This document shows, one piece after another, positions 18,825 to 28,305 of a DNA stretch of 44,162 bases. The translations under genes were made by a program, and so were the position numbers. The DNA is taken from NCBI GenBank assembly GCA_050298055.1, contig JBNKTL010000044.1, positions 1 through 44,162 of the forward strand. Direction: 5' to 3'. Position 1 is the first letter of the stretch. Every line of letters begins with the position of its first letter. The DNA comes from Spirochaetota bacterium (GTDB lineage Bacteria; Spirochaetota; UBA4802; UBA5550). The notes under the pieces were generated by a model, which ran no database searches, had not been told where the DNA came from, and saw only the letters and a list, made by a program, of their open reading frames with translations.

Positions 18825-19652
18825 CTAACATCCCCCGTTCCCCTCCGAATGTACACTCCGAAGATACCACTTTTCCCCGGTCTTTTTAAGCGTGAAAAAA
18901 TTGTCCGTCCAGCTTTCGCACCTCATGGGTGAACCGGGAGGGTCCTGCCGATAATTTGTGGTCACACTGGCGGAGAGAGAATCTCCATTTCCCTCTACAC
19001 CTCCGATACTGAGGGGACCGCCCTGGTACATCTCCCGTCTGATTTTGTTAAACTCATCCCGGGTAAAGGTTTCAAAGGTAAACTTCTTCTGCTGGATTTT
19101 AAGTCCCTCTCCTTTATGGATCAACGACCTGAAGAGCCGGTAGTCCCCCTTTTTCAGGGAGCTGTCCAGTTTAAGAAAGGTCTCGATACATTCTCTGCCC
19201 CCGTATTCCCTGAGGACCTTTTTATATCCCGGATGGTTCCTTATGGGTTTCAGGTCGCTGTCTGAAATCACTGACCTTAATGCCGAGACCGTATCCGACG
19301 CAAAGGAACGTTTGATAAACTTGATTGAAAGTTCCGGGTTGCCCATAAGGGAATGGGCACAGGCAATATTAAAAAAGGGCTTCCAGAAGGAGGGGTCCGC
19401 TTCGGCCGCCCTGCACCAGGTAGCTATTGCCCCGCAGTAGTCCTTCTTCCTGTGCTTTGCCAGACCCAGTTTATTCATGCGCAGACTCAGTTTCCTGTCA
19501 CCCTTCCATTTCCCTTTTATTCTGTTTTGCAGCTTTTCATAACCGCATCCGCAGTCTTTTTCGGCAGCCAGCGGCCGGTGTTCCCCCGTTGCCATGATAA
19601 TAAGCAGGGCAAGAACCGGGTAAACCGGGTGAAATCTTCTCTTTTGCTTCAT
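18825..19652 (-). CDS. exported TPR-containing hypothetical protein
   Basis: GGAGG RBS before the ATG at 19652; signal peptide; TPR-like FFNIACAHSLMG...DSDLKPIR segment. Confidence 0.75.
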   Translation of the reverse strand: MKQKRRFHPVYPVLALLIIMATGEHRPLAAEKDCGCGYEKLQNRIKGKWKGDRKLSLRMNKLGLAKHRKKDYCGAIATWCRAAEADPSFWKPFFNIACAHSLMGNPELSIKFIKRSFASDTVSALRSVISDSDLKPIRNHPGYKKVLREYGGRECIETFLKLDSSLKKGDYRLFRSLIHKGEGLKIQQKKFTFETFTRDEFNKIRREMYQGGPLSIGGVEGNGDSLSASVTTNYRQDPPGSPMRCESWTDNFFTLKKTGEKWYLRSVHSEGNGGC

Positions 19653-19864
19653 GGGACCTCCCTCTTTCATAAAGTCTCAGACAATACGTATTTTGAATGA
19701 AAATACAATAAGCGGTTTAAAAAATCAATATTTTTTATTTTTCCGCATGTTTACCGCATAATGACTCTTTAACTCCTTGACAAATTTTAAAGACTCAGGC
19801 CACTCTATACGAAAAAAGCAACGGCTCAGTTGTTCCCGAAAATTTTATTCAATTTGTACAGATA

Positions 19865-20980
19865 ATGAAGATAGTAAGCATATCAATATACAGATTCAGG
19901 CTCCCTTTAAAGAGGGCCGTACAGATCGCAGGGAAAAAGACCGATCATCGCGAAGGATACATAATTGTTATCAGGGATGAGAGCGGAAATATGGGATACG
20001 GGGAAGCCGCCCCTTTGCCCGGTCTCGATGTCACCACCGGTGAAACCTGCCTGAAAGAACTTAAAGAATTTGCCGCGAAAACAACGGGAAAAACCGTTTC
20101 TCTTATAAACTGGAACCCCAGGGCCCCCTTTATGGGACTTTTGGATACGAAGAACGGCTACTCGCCCCCTTCTCTTTTCAGTATTGAGTCTGCTCTTCTC
20201 TTCCTGCTCCTCAAACAGCCCGATTTTCCCGTAAAGAAGTATTTCGGTGACCTCTCCATGGGGATATCTCTGCCGGTTAACGGCCTCTTCTATCCCGATG
20301 AGGCCGAACAAAACATTGAGGAACAGTTCAATGCCCTAAAAGAGGGAGGTTATAAAACCGTCAAGGTCAAGGTGGGAAGGATATCAGAAGAAGCGGAGAT
20401 AAACCAGATCCGCCGCCTTGCTGAGAGAATGGAAGGAGAAATAATACTGAGGCTGGATGGCAACCGGTCCCTTGATCCGGAAGCTCTCGACAGGTACTGG
20501 GAATCTCTTCAGGGTCACGAGATTGAGTATTTTGAAGAGCCGGTAAAAAACAGCAGTCTCTACAGAAAAGTGAAATATAACATAGCCCTTGATGAATCGG
20601 TGGGTGATTATATCAGCGATGATGATATTGACAGGAAAAAGCTTCCGGGCAGCGTAAAGGCGCTGGTCCTCAAATCCTCATGGGTTAAGGGACTTCACGG
20701 GATATTCAGGTCAATAGATGCGGCAAACAGTTACGGCATTAAAACCGTTCTCAGTTCTCCCTTTAACACCGGCGCGGGAATATCCGCCCTCGCTCTTATA
20801 GGGACCCGGCCTGACACCGGGCTGGAAACATCACACGGCTTTGATACCTACAGGTACCTTGAATCAGATATCTTAAATGAAAAGATCTCTCTGCAAAACG
20901 GTTCCATAAACATACCCGGCCCGGTTTTCTTCTTTAACGATATCCTCTCTCTGAGCAAGCTTGAAGAGGTGACAGTTTGA
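19865..20980 (+). CDS. menC: o-succinylbenzoate synthase
   Basis: GEAAPLPG, KVKVG, RLDGN, EEP, ALDES enolase-superfamily motifs; men context. Confidence 0.9.
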   Translation: MKIVSISIYRFRLPLKRAVQIAGKKTDHREGYIIVIRDESGNMGYGEAAPLPGLDVTTGETCLKELKEFAAKTTGKTVSLINWNPRAPFMGLLDTKNGYSPPSLFSIESALLFLLLKQPDFPVKKYFGDLSMGISLPVNGLFYPDEAEQNIEEQFNALKEGGYKTVKVKVGRISEEAEINQIRRLAERMEGEIILRLDGNRSLDPEALDRYWESLQGHEIEYFEEPVKNSSLYRKVKYNIALDESVGDYISDDDIDRKKLPGSVKALVLKSSWVKGLHGIFRSIDAANSYGIKTVLSSPFNTGAGISALALIGTRPDTGLETSHGFDTYRYLESDILNEKISLQNGSINIPGPVFFFNDILSLSKLEEVTV

Positions 20981-22398
20981 TCGAGACTTTCATTGAGTCG
21001 GGAAAGTTCAACATTGATGAACTCTACCGGAGATACAGCCACAATATTGCTGTTGTTGAGGGAGAGACCTCTTACCTCTACCGGGACCTCAGGAAACTTC
21101 TGCAGTCGGCCCTTCTTGCACTGGATGAGAGCGGAATAAAAAGGGGAAGCAGGGTGGCCCTCTGCATGAACAACTCACTCTTTCATCTTATCCTTCTCCA
21201 GGCATCATGGGTCAGGGGATTCACCCTGGTACTCTACAATCCCCGGGCCCCCATCACCGGCCAGGTTGATATTGTAAAACCGGATCTCATCATAGCCCCT
21301 GAAGACCCCGGGGCGGAAAACATTAAATATATCCCCCCTTCCCTTTTGACCGGAAAAACCGGCGAAGCGGCAGAGAAGTTCCCGGCAGCGGAACTTGATT
21401 CGGAATCGGCCGTAATTTTTACATCGGGAAGTACCGGGAGGCCCAAGGGGGTGGTCCTGACCACGGGTAACTTTCTCTACAGCGCGGCTGGTACGGTGGA
21501 ACACCTGGAAATGACCGGGGAAGACAGCTGGCTCGCGGGCCTTCCCCTGTTCCATGTGGGCGGCCTTATCATACCGGTGAGGTGCCTCCTTGCCGGCGGA
21601 AAGACCATACTCACGGAAAATACAAGGAATCCCGGGAATGCAATTGTCAGCGCCTCCCCCTCTTTCCTCTCCCTGGTCCCCACGCAGCTTATCAGGTTGA
21701 TGGATAAAAGTGAAACAGTCAGGGCATTGAAAAAATGCAGGGGGATACTCCTCGGGGGCGCACCGTCACCCCGGTGGCTTATCCGGGAAGCACTTCAGCA
21801 GAAGATCCCCGTTATCCCCACATACGGCTCAACAGAATCATGCGCCCAGCTCACTGCCGTGAATCCCGGTTCCGGGGAGGATGAATACTTTACCTCCGGC
21901 AGGCCCCTCCGGTACCGCAGGGTCACCATAGACGAGGAGAACAGGGTCATCATAGGCGGGGAAGTCCTCTTTAAAAAATATATTCGGGGAGATGAGGAGA
22001 CCGATCCCCGTAAAGACGGAAATTTTCTCACCGGCGATACAGGTTACTTTGACCAAAAGGGCAACCTGGTCATAACCGGAAGGGCGGACCAGGTCTTTCT
22101 CTCGGGGGGGGAAAACATTAATCCCCATGAAATTGAGAAAGAGATCTTACGGCTGGAGGGGATCCATGAAGCATATGTGGTACCCGCACCCGACCGTGAA
22201 CTGGGGAACGTTCCCTGGGCATTTATTGAATCGGAAAACCGGGTTGAGAGCGCCCATATTACCGGGGAGCTTAAGGAGAGACTCCCTCAGTTTAAGATAC
22301 CCAGAAGATATATCTGGCTCAACAGTGATAACGGGAACATGAAAAAGAAACGGGAAGATCTTATTAAACTTGCGTCTGTTATGGCAATGAAGGTATAA
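20977..22398 (+). CDS. menE: o-succinylbenzoate-CoA ligase
   Basis: FTSGSTGRPKG, LPLFHVGG, SLVPTQL, YGSTE, TGD, GR.D, SGGENI. Confidence 0.92.
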   Translation: MIETFIESGKFNIDELYRRYSHNIAVVEGETSYLYRDLRKLLQSALLALDESGIKRGSRVALCMNNSLFHLILLQASWVRGFTLVLYNPRAPITGQVDIVKPDLIIAPEDPGAENIKYIPPSLLTGKTGEAAEKFPAAELDSESAVIFTSGSTGRPKGVVLTTGNFLYSAAGTVEHLEMTGEDSWLAGLPLFHVGGLIIPVRCLLAGGKTILTENTRNPGNAIVSASPSFLSLVPTQLIRLMDKSETVRALKKCRGILLGGAPSPRWLIREALQQKIPVIPTYGSTESCAQLTAVNPGSGEDEYFTSGRPLRYRRVTIDEENRVIIGGEVLFKKYIRGDEETDPRKDGNFLTGDTGYFDQKGNLVITGRADQVFLSGGENINPHEIEKEILRLEGIHEAYVVPAPDRELGNVPWAFIESENRVESAHITGELKERLPQFKIPRRYIWLNSDNGNMKKKREDLIKLASVMAMKV

Positions 22399-22401
22399 CC
22401 T

Positions 22402-23274
22402 TTGCTGAATATGGTTTTTAGAGGAGAAAAGAGGAGCAGAACGCTTGTTTTGCTACATGGATTCATGAGTTCATCCCATGATATGCTTGGGCTGGCGGAT
22501 CACCTCTCAGACAGGTTTCATTGCATTATCCCCGACCTTCCGGGGCATGGGGAATCACTTTTCAGTGTGAGTAGATTTCCCGAATTCAGGGATTTCATGT
22601 CTCTGCCCCAAATGATAAACCACCTGCTCCGCTTGCGGGGAGTGGAGAACTACAGCCTCTACGGGTATTCCATGGGGGGAAGGATCGCGGCGGGGATGGC
22701 CCTGCTCTCTCCTGAAAATATTGAACACCTGGTGCTGGAATCATCCTCCTTTGGCATCGAAGATGAACGGGAGAGAAAAGTGAGATATAAAAATGACCTT
22801 GCTCTCTTTGAGGGAATAACAAGCAGAAATGACTTCCTGGATTTTTTAAAGAAATGGTACAGCACTGACCTTTTCAAGACCCTTGAGGGCGACATGAAAA
22901 ATTCACTGATAATAAAAAGAAGCGGTAATGATATAAATGAGCTCAGGGAGGCCATGAAAATTATGAGTGCCGGGAACCAACTCTATCTCCTCCACGAGCT
23001 TGCGGAACGGGACCTGGATATCAGCTACATCCATGGAACTGAAGACGCGAAATATACAGCTGAAGCGGCAAGAGCCGGGGAGAAGATCCCCGGCATGAAG
23101 CTTTTCCCGGTAGAAGGAGCGTCCCACAACGTTCACCTGCAGTTCCCGGAAAAGGTTGCCGCTGTTATAGGGAATACACTGTCTGTTCATGAGAACACAA
23201 ATCAGAAAAAACCGCCGGGCTTAAGGGAAAGCCCGGCAGATGACAAAAGGATAAGTTTCAAAATCAGAGATTAA
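22402..23274 (+). CDS. menH: SHCHC synthase (alpha/beta hydrolase)
   Basis: LHGF, DLPGHG, GYSMGGR, D.KY, SHNVH motifs; follows menE. Confidence 0.88.
   Translation: MLNMVFRGEKRSRTLVLLHGFMSSSHDMLGLADHLSDRFHCIIPDLPGHGESLFSVSRFPEFRDFMSLPQMINHLLRLRGVENYSLYGYSMGGRIAAGMALLSPENIEHLVLESSSFGIEDERERKVRYKNDLALFEGITSRNDFLDFLKKWYSTDLFKTLEGDMKNSLIIKRSGNDINELREAMKIMSAGNQLYLLHELAERDLDISYIHGTEDAKYTAEAARAGEKIPGMKLFPVEGASHNVHLQFPEKVAAVIGNTLSVHENTNQKKPPGLRESPADDKRISFKIRD
23205..23237 (-). terminator. intrinsic terminator of the DUF2231-like gene, inside the menH 3' end
   Basis: Stem gccgggctt (23214-23222) / aagcccggc (23229-23237), followed on the minus strand by GGTTTTTT. Confidence 0.65.
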
Positions 23275-23876
23275 TCATCATCACGATCCTTATGGTCTCT
23301 TTCATGATCATCATCCTCCCGGTCACGACCTTTATAGTCTCTCCCCTGGTCATCATCATCCCGATCATGGTTGTATTTACCGGTTATATTTTTTGAAACC
23401 AGTGTTTTCTCCGCATTCCCCTGTTCCATCATCAGGGCTGAAGCGGCATTGTGTTTATAGACAAGCTCGCCGCCCAGACGCCCGGTCTGGGCCCCGGCAA
23501 CCGGGAGAAGAATGCTTAAAACCAGTAAACCGGTCCTCGCTATCTTCTTCAAAGGGTCCTTCACAAAGAAATGAATGACCGAAAGAAGCGTTATAACATA
23601 AATCAGGAACGCAAAAAGTTTTCCCCACCTTTCATGTTCCTCAATAATTGATCCGGCCACGACTTTTTCCACGATCTCCTCACCCATGTCTCCTGTGACA
23701 AGGGCCAGTGTTGCCGCAACAGCGGTCATAAGCATCAGACCACTTGCCATATACCATATCTGAGGGACGGGGTTCCCTTTTCTTTCCCTGTAAAAAGCAA
23801 ACAGGAGTAGTGCCGGAAGCAGTATGACGGCAGACATCGGTAAATGAACAAACATTGGATGTTGCAACGCGCTCAT
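23271..23876 (-). CDS. DUF2231-like membrane protein with Asp/His/Arg-rich tail
   Basis: HPMFVHLP, HERWG, GGELVY motifs; four TM segments. Confidence 0.8.
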   Translation of the reverse strand: MSALQHPMFVHLPMSAVILLPALLLFAFYRERKGNPVPQIWYMASGLMLMTAVAATLALVTGDMGEEIVEKVVAGSIIEEHERWGKLFAFLIYVITLLSVIHFFVKDPLKKIARTGLLVLSILLPVAGAQTGRLGGELVYKHNAASALMMEQGNAEKTLVSKNITGKYNHDRDDDDQGRDYKGRDREDDDHERDHKDRDDD

Positions 23877-23922
23877 TTTTTCCTCCTCGAAGTTACATCA
23901 ACTTCATTTAATAGATTTGTTG

Positions 23923-24058
23923 TTTTTCCTTAACTTATAGAGAAAATTAGTTATTTTAATGAAAAAAAGATAATTGGTTTGTCCCCGCCGCCGTAGGCGG
24001 CGGGGACAAACCAATATTTCATTGTTAACTCTGTTTTAACTATACAGCTAAGTATTGC
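23923..24058 (+). repeat. copy B of the ~135-bp palindromic element
   Basis: Perfect 20-bp-arm hairpin at 23973-24015 with loop GTA; shares aaaaaagataa upstream and an agctaagtatt end with copy C. Confidence 0.8.
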
Positions 24059-24062
24059 GCAC

Positions 24063-24108
24063 AATCTACAGGGAAAAAACTTATTCGTCAATGGGTCATA
24101 TGACCCAT
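24063..24108 (-). promoter_or_regulatory. sigma70 promoter with adjacent perfect 18-bp palindrome
   Basis: TTGACG(24091-24086)-17nt-TAGATT(24068-24063) on the minus strand; ATGGGTCATATGACCCAT at 24091-24108. Confidence 0.7.
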
Positions 24109-24152
24109 AGGCAGGATAAGGGGCGGAAACGGGTTACACAAGGAACAAAAGC

Positions 24153-24680
24153 TCAATCATAAAAACTCGGTTCCTCGTCGAGTTCAAAGAGAGACTCCAG
24201 AAAGAAGCCGACAAATGCCGCTCTCCCGGGAAACCCCGATTTTTCATAAATGGATCCGGCCTGTTTCCGGACAGTCCGTTCACTTTTATCAAGGAGGCCG
24301 GCAATCTGCTCAAAGCTGAAACCCCGCAGCGTCAAAAAAGCCACCTCCATCTCCGATTGGGACAATCCCCATCTGATAAATTGAGATTCAATGCTTTCCC
24401 TGATGGTATTTCTCAGAGACTCTGTCTCTTTTTTCCATTTCATCAGTGATTTATCAAGCTCCAAACCCTCTTTTTCAAGCTGTTTTATTACATCTTCCTG
24501 GTGCCGGTACTTACTCCAAACCCTGCGCATCAGTTCCACGCACGCGCCTACCAGGAGTATTTCAGACATAAGATGAGGAATATCCGAACCGTGAAGATAG
24601 TCATCGGCGATATCAAAGATCCCGAGACCAAGGATCAACAGGAGAAAAAGCAAGTAGAAGATTAAATAGGTTTTTTTCAT
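24153..24680 (-). CDS. membrane-anchored LuxR-family HTH regulator
   Basis: Two N-terminal TMs, coiled coil, WGLSQSEMEVA..GFSFEQIA..SERTVRKQ..IYEK LuxR HTH. Confidence 0.88.
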   Translation of the reverse strand: MKKTYLIFYLLFLLLILGLGIFDIADDYLHGSDIPHLMSEILLVGACVELMRRVWSKYRHQEDVIKQLEKEGLELDKSLMKWKKETESLRNTIRESIESQFIRWGLSQSEMEVAFLTLRGFSFEQIAGLLDKSERTVRKQAGSIYEKSGFPGRAAFVGFFLESLFELDEEPSFYD

Positions 24681-24747
24681 AGAGCAGAATAAGTTGTGTC
24701 CATCCCTGAATACTTATTTCTACGGAATACCCTGCTGCAACGCAGCC

Positions 24748-25065
24748 TTATGGCTTATGACTCTTGCCCCATAAGGGATCATGGCCAAACCGTTCATTCC
24801 ACCATTCGTCACCTTTTAAATATCTCATGATTTCATCATCTGAAAAAGAATAGTGGTATTGATCACAATATGCAATAATGATTTTATATGCGGCAATTAT
24901 TTTTCTTGTCATTTCATTGCACCTTTCATCATCCTCTTTGCATTTGTCCGGGTGCCACTTGCTGATGAGCTTTTTGTAACGGGATTTTATTTCTTCCATT
25001 GACGCCCGTTCGGAAAGATCCAGCAATTCTCTGGCTTCGATGATATCCTGATATTTAATGTTCAC
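24748..25065 (-). CDS. small DnaJ-domain protein
   Basis: ASMEEIKSRYKKLISKWHPD J-domain motif. Confidence 0.88.
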   Translation of the reverse strand: MNIKYQDIIEARELLDLSERASMEEIKSRYKKLISKWHPDKCKEDDERCNEMTRKIIAAYKIIIAYCDQYHYSFSDDEIMRYLKGDEWWNERFGHDPLWGKSHKP

Positions 25066-25177
25066 TTTCCCCCCGTTATTTCACTCCTTGATGACAACAA
25101 AAGCTCCTTCCCCTGAACCACTCATTATACTCATGGTCATATTTTTCAAACGCTTCTCTTCCGGGCAAAACAAACCC

Positions 25178-26335
25178 TCAGTTGTCCTGTACCGCCCGCA
25201 GTTTCAGCTGGCTGTCGATAAATTGAACAAAAAAGAGTGAAACAAGGCTGAGCACCGCGCCGCCAATAAAGGGTATCCTGTAATCAATCATCCAGAGCAG
25301 GCCGCCGATGGCGGGAAGAACAACGGCGGCAATATGGTTGATAGTAAACCCCACGGCCATACTGGGCGCGGTATCGGCAGGGTCACCTATCTTCTGGAAA
25401 AAAGTGTTTATGGCCAGCGCGAAATTAAAGAAGACATGGTCAAGAACATAGAGAACACCCACAAGAATTTTCGAATCAACAACCGCGTAGGCCAGAAAGA
25501 TAAAGACAAGGCTGCCGTATTCAAGTGACAGGACCTTTCTCTCTCCATATTTCACAACAAACCTTCCGATCAGGGGACTGAGAAAATAATTGATGACATT
25601 ATTGAGCACGAAAAGAAATGTCACATGCTGAACAGTGTAACCGAATTTCTTTACAAGGAGAAAAACCGCAAAGGCGATAAATATCTGCCGCCGGGCGCCT
25701 GCAAGAAGGGTCAGCGTATAAAAGAGCCAGTACTTTTTCCGGAAAACCATCTCCTTCTTCTGGGGTGTAATCTCCTTATCTGCGGGATTCTGCGTAAGAC
25801 TCCAGATCGCGGCAATGATAATGATGCCTCCCAGGACCATGAACATCTTCACCAGGCTGAGGACGAATGCCATGAGAAAAATGACAAGGCCCACCACGAT
25901 ATTTGTGGCAGAGGCATAACTTCTCAGCTTACCGAAAACCAGGGGTGCCGTCTCCTTATCAAAATACTGGAGAGTGAGAGACTTGTTGGTTGTTTCGTAG
26001 TAGTGGAAACCAAAGCTGAAAATCAGCGTAGTGAAAATAAGCCCGCCGAACGAAGGAAAGAGCCCGGTTACCGCCACACCGATCCCGAGAGTAAAGACGG
26101 AAACAGATGACAGCCTGTGCTCCCTGACAACCATCATGATATAGACCGCAAGAAGCGCAAGAAGTCCCGGGATCTCCCTTACCGACTGAAGAATGCCGAC
26201 ATGCGACCCTTCCAGTCCCACCGTATGGACCGCGAAGTTATCAAAAAGCGTTCTCCAGCCCTGAAGTCCCGCGGTGGAACATACTGTGAGAACCATCAGG
26301 TACCGGTACATGGGTAATGATTTATAATTTCGCAT
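25178..26335 (-). CDS. MFS transporter
   Basis: About 12 hydrophobic segments; SVREIPG, GARRQIF, FTINHIAAV. Confidence 0.88.
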   Translation of the reverse strand: MRNYKSLPMYRYLMVLTVCSTAGLQGWRTLFDNFAVHTVGLEGSHVGILQSVREIPGLLALLAVYIMMVVREHRLSSVSVFTLGIGVAVTGLFPSFGGLIFTTLIFSFGFHYYETTNKSLTLQYFDKETAPLVFGKLRSYASATNIVVGLVIFLMAFVLSLVKMFMVLGGIIIIAAIWSLTQNPADKEITPQKKEMVFRKKYWLFYTLTLLAGARRQIFIAFAVFLLVKKFGYTVQHVTFLFVLNNVINYFLSPLIGRFVVKYGERKVLSLEYGSLVFIFLAYAVVDSKILVGVLYVLDHVFFNFALAINTFFQKIGDPADTAPSMAVGFTINHIAAVVLPAIGGLLWMIDYRIPFIGGAVLSLVSLFFVQFIDSQLKLRAVQDN

Positions 26336-26369
26336 ATGTGGTTTCGTTTATGAAGTTGGTCTTTATTTT

Positions 26370-28190
26370 TTATCCTGTTAAATCACTGTTTATAAGAGGC
26401 TGTTCACCCTGTAAATCCATATCACTCTCAACCGGGAGTTCCTTAACAACAACTATCCTGCCATCAGGACCTGGTTTTTCCTCATGTTCTTCACTGGTTT
26501 TCTTGACTGTAAAAAGCTCAACACGCTCCCGAAGTTTTTCCGCCATACCGGCAGTTTCTTCGGTACTGGCAGTAATTTCCTCCGCGCCTAAAGCGTTAGC
26601 CTGTATCAACAGGTTGGTCCTTTCAATGTTCTTCATGATCTCTTCTACCGCGTTTGCCTGCTCCTTTATGGAGATATTTATGGATTCGGCGCTGTCTGAC
26701 ATGACCCGGGCATCTGAAAGGATGTTCTCCTTGACCTTGTTATCGGCAATCATGATATCGTTTACCTGGTTAACGATGTCTCCGAAAACCGTAATCTCGG
26801 AAATGATGCTTTTTATCCTGCTCACAATGGTCCTGATCTCAACTCCCGCTTTTCCGATGGAATCGGACGCGTTCTGGATCTTGTCTGTTATGTCCTTTAC
26901 ATTATTCTGTGTGGCCTCCGCAAGTTTGCCTATCTCGTCTGCAACAACGGCAAATCCCCTTCCCTGCTCTCCCGCACGGGCCGCCTCAATGGCGGCATTG
27001 AGCGACAGGAGGTTGACCTGTTCTGCTATCTCGGTTACAGACTGGATAATGGTCCTCGTATTATCGGCCACATCCTGGGCTTCGTTCATACTGGCCGTAA
27101 CCCTTGTCACAACCCCTTCAATGGACTGGAGGGAAGAATCCACTTTGTCCCGGGTGGTAAGGGCATCTGCCATTCGGCCAAGGGCCTCCTTGACCTTCTC
27201 CATTCCTGAATCGAGCCTTCCCACGATAAATTTCACAAGTTCATGGAGTAAAACGACACTTTCTTTAATATGGTTGTTTCCCGCGGAGATCTCTTCCATG
27301 GTCGCGGCAATTTCCTCCGAGCTTGCGGCCTGGGTCTGCGCATTGTTGGTAAAAGACTGTGTTGTTGATGACATCTCATCAGTGGAGGTTGACAGGGCGA
27401 TTCCTATATCCCTTATTTCAACAACCATGGTTCTCAGGGTATTGATAAAGTTATTAAAATGATTGGAGAGAACCGCGATCTCATCCTTCCCGGTCACATC
27501 CAGCTGGTATGTTAAATCCCCGGCTCCGCCGGAGAGGTCCTCCATTTTGTGAATGAGTCCCTTTAAACGTTCCCTGATTGAACCGATAAGAATAAATATC
27601 ATTGTGGTAAAACCGAGAAATATTACGATTGCCGCCACAATTGTCAAAAGGTTGTACCTGTTGATCCTTTTTTTCTCATTAACGAAAACAGTATTTCGCT
27701 TAAACTTCATATACGCGATCATGGCATTGAGAGGATCTTTGAGCTTCTTCTTCACAATAAACCAGCTTTTCTGTTGTTCTTTAATATAATTAAGGTTTCC
27801 TCCGGCATATGCGGCTGCCAGTTTTTTGTATTGGTTATTGAAGATCTTTAAGTATGTTTCAAAATCGGATTTTACGATATCCGACTCCGCCCTGACTTTC
27901 CCCGATATCTCTTTCCAGGTTTCGTTGATCTTTTTTTCCGATAATTTTAACATTCTACCGGCTTTTCCCGGGGAGAGGGAACCTGCCAGTACACCGAGCA
28001 TTCCCATTTCCACATCAGTGAACATCTGCCGCAACTCGATAAGTTTCTCTGTTGGGATACTGCTTTCTTCATGGAGATTTCCATACACACGGTTTAAGGT
28101 GGTCGTGGTGAAGATCATCCCTCCGGCAAGGGCAACCATCACAAGTATCGATATAAGATAGAGGAAAAATATCTTGGTGGTTATCTTCAT
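26370..28190 (-). CDS. methyl-accepting chemotaxis protein
   Basis: Two TMs flanking a helical periplasmic domain, HAMP (GDLT..DEI), [32 protein letters not shown] hairpin; alternative GTG start at 28202. Confidence 0.95.
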   Translation of the reverse strand: MKITTKIFFLYLISILVMVALAGGMIFTTTTLNRVYGNLHEESSIPTEKLIELRQMFTDVEMGMLGVLAGSLSPGKAGRMLKLSEKKINETWKEISGKVRAESDIVKSDFETYLKIFNNQYKKLAAAYAGGNLNYIKEQQKSWFIVKKKLKDPLNAMIAYMKFKRNTVFVNEKKRINRYNLLTIVAAIVIFLGFTTMIFILIGSIRERLKGLIHKMEDLSGGAGDLTYQLDVTGKDEIAVLSNHFNNFINTLRTMVVEIRDIGIALSTSTDEMSSTTQSFTNNAQTQAASSEEIAATMEEISAGNNHIKESVVLLHELVKFIVGRLDSGMEKVKEALGRMADALTTRDKVDSSLQSIEGVVTRVTASMNEAQDVADNTRTIIQSVTEIAEQVNLLSLNAAIEAARAGEQGRGFAVVADEIGKLAEATQNNVKDITDKIQNASDSIGKAGVEIRTIVSRIKSIISEITVFGDIVNQVNDIMIADNKVKENILSDARVMSDSAESINISIKEQANAVEEIMKNIERTNLLIQANALGAEEITASTEETAGMAEKLRERVELFTVKKTSEEHEEKPGPDGRIVVVKELPVESDMDLQGEQPLINSDLTG

Positions 28191-28305
28191 TTTATCACAC
28201 ACTCCATTTTTCTACTTTATTCTTTTTTATACTAACAAAAACAACAGTTTAAAATTCAGCAAAAATTGTCCAGAATTAATTCTTTTATCCTACTATTTCT
28301 GTATA

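Noticed and set aside
23274..23370. Repeated tcatca/gatcat motifs
   Set aside because: Explained by the Asp/His-rich coding tail of the DUF2231-like protein.
26317..27462. 381-aa plus-strand ORF
   Set aside because: Antisense to the MCP signalling domain; Ser/Leu-rich shadow frame.
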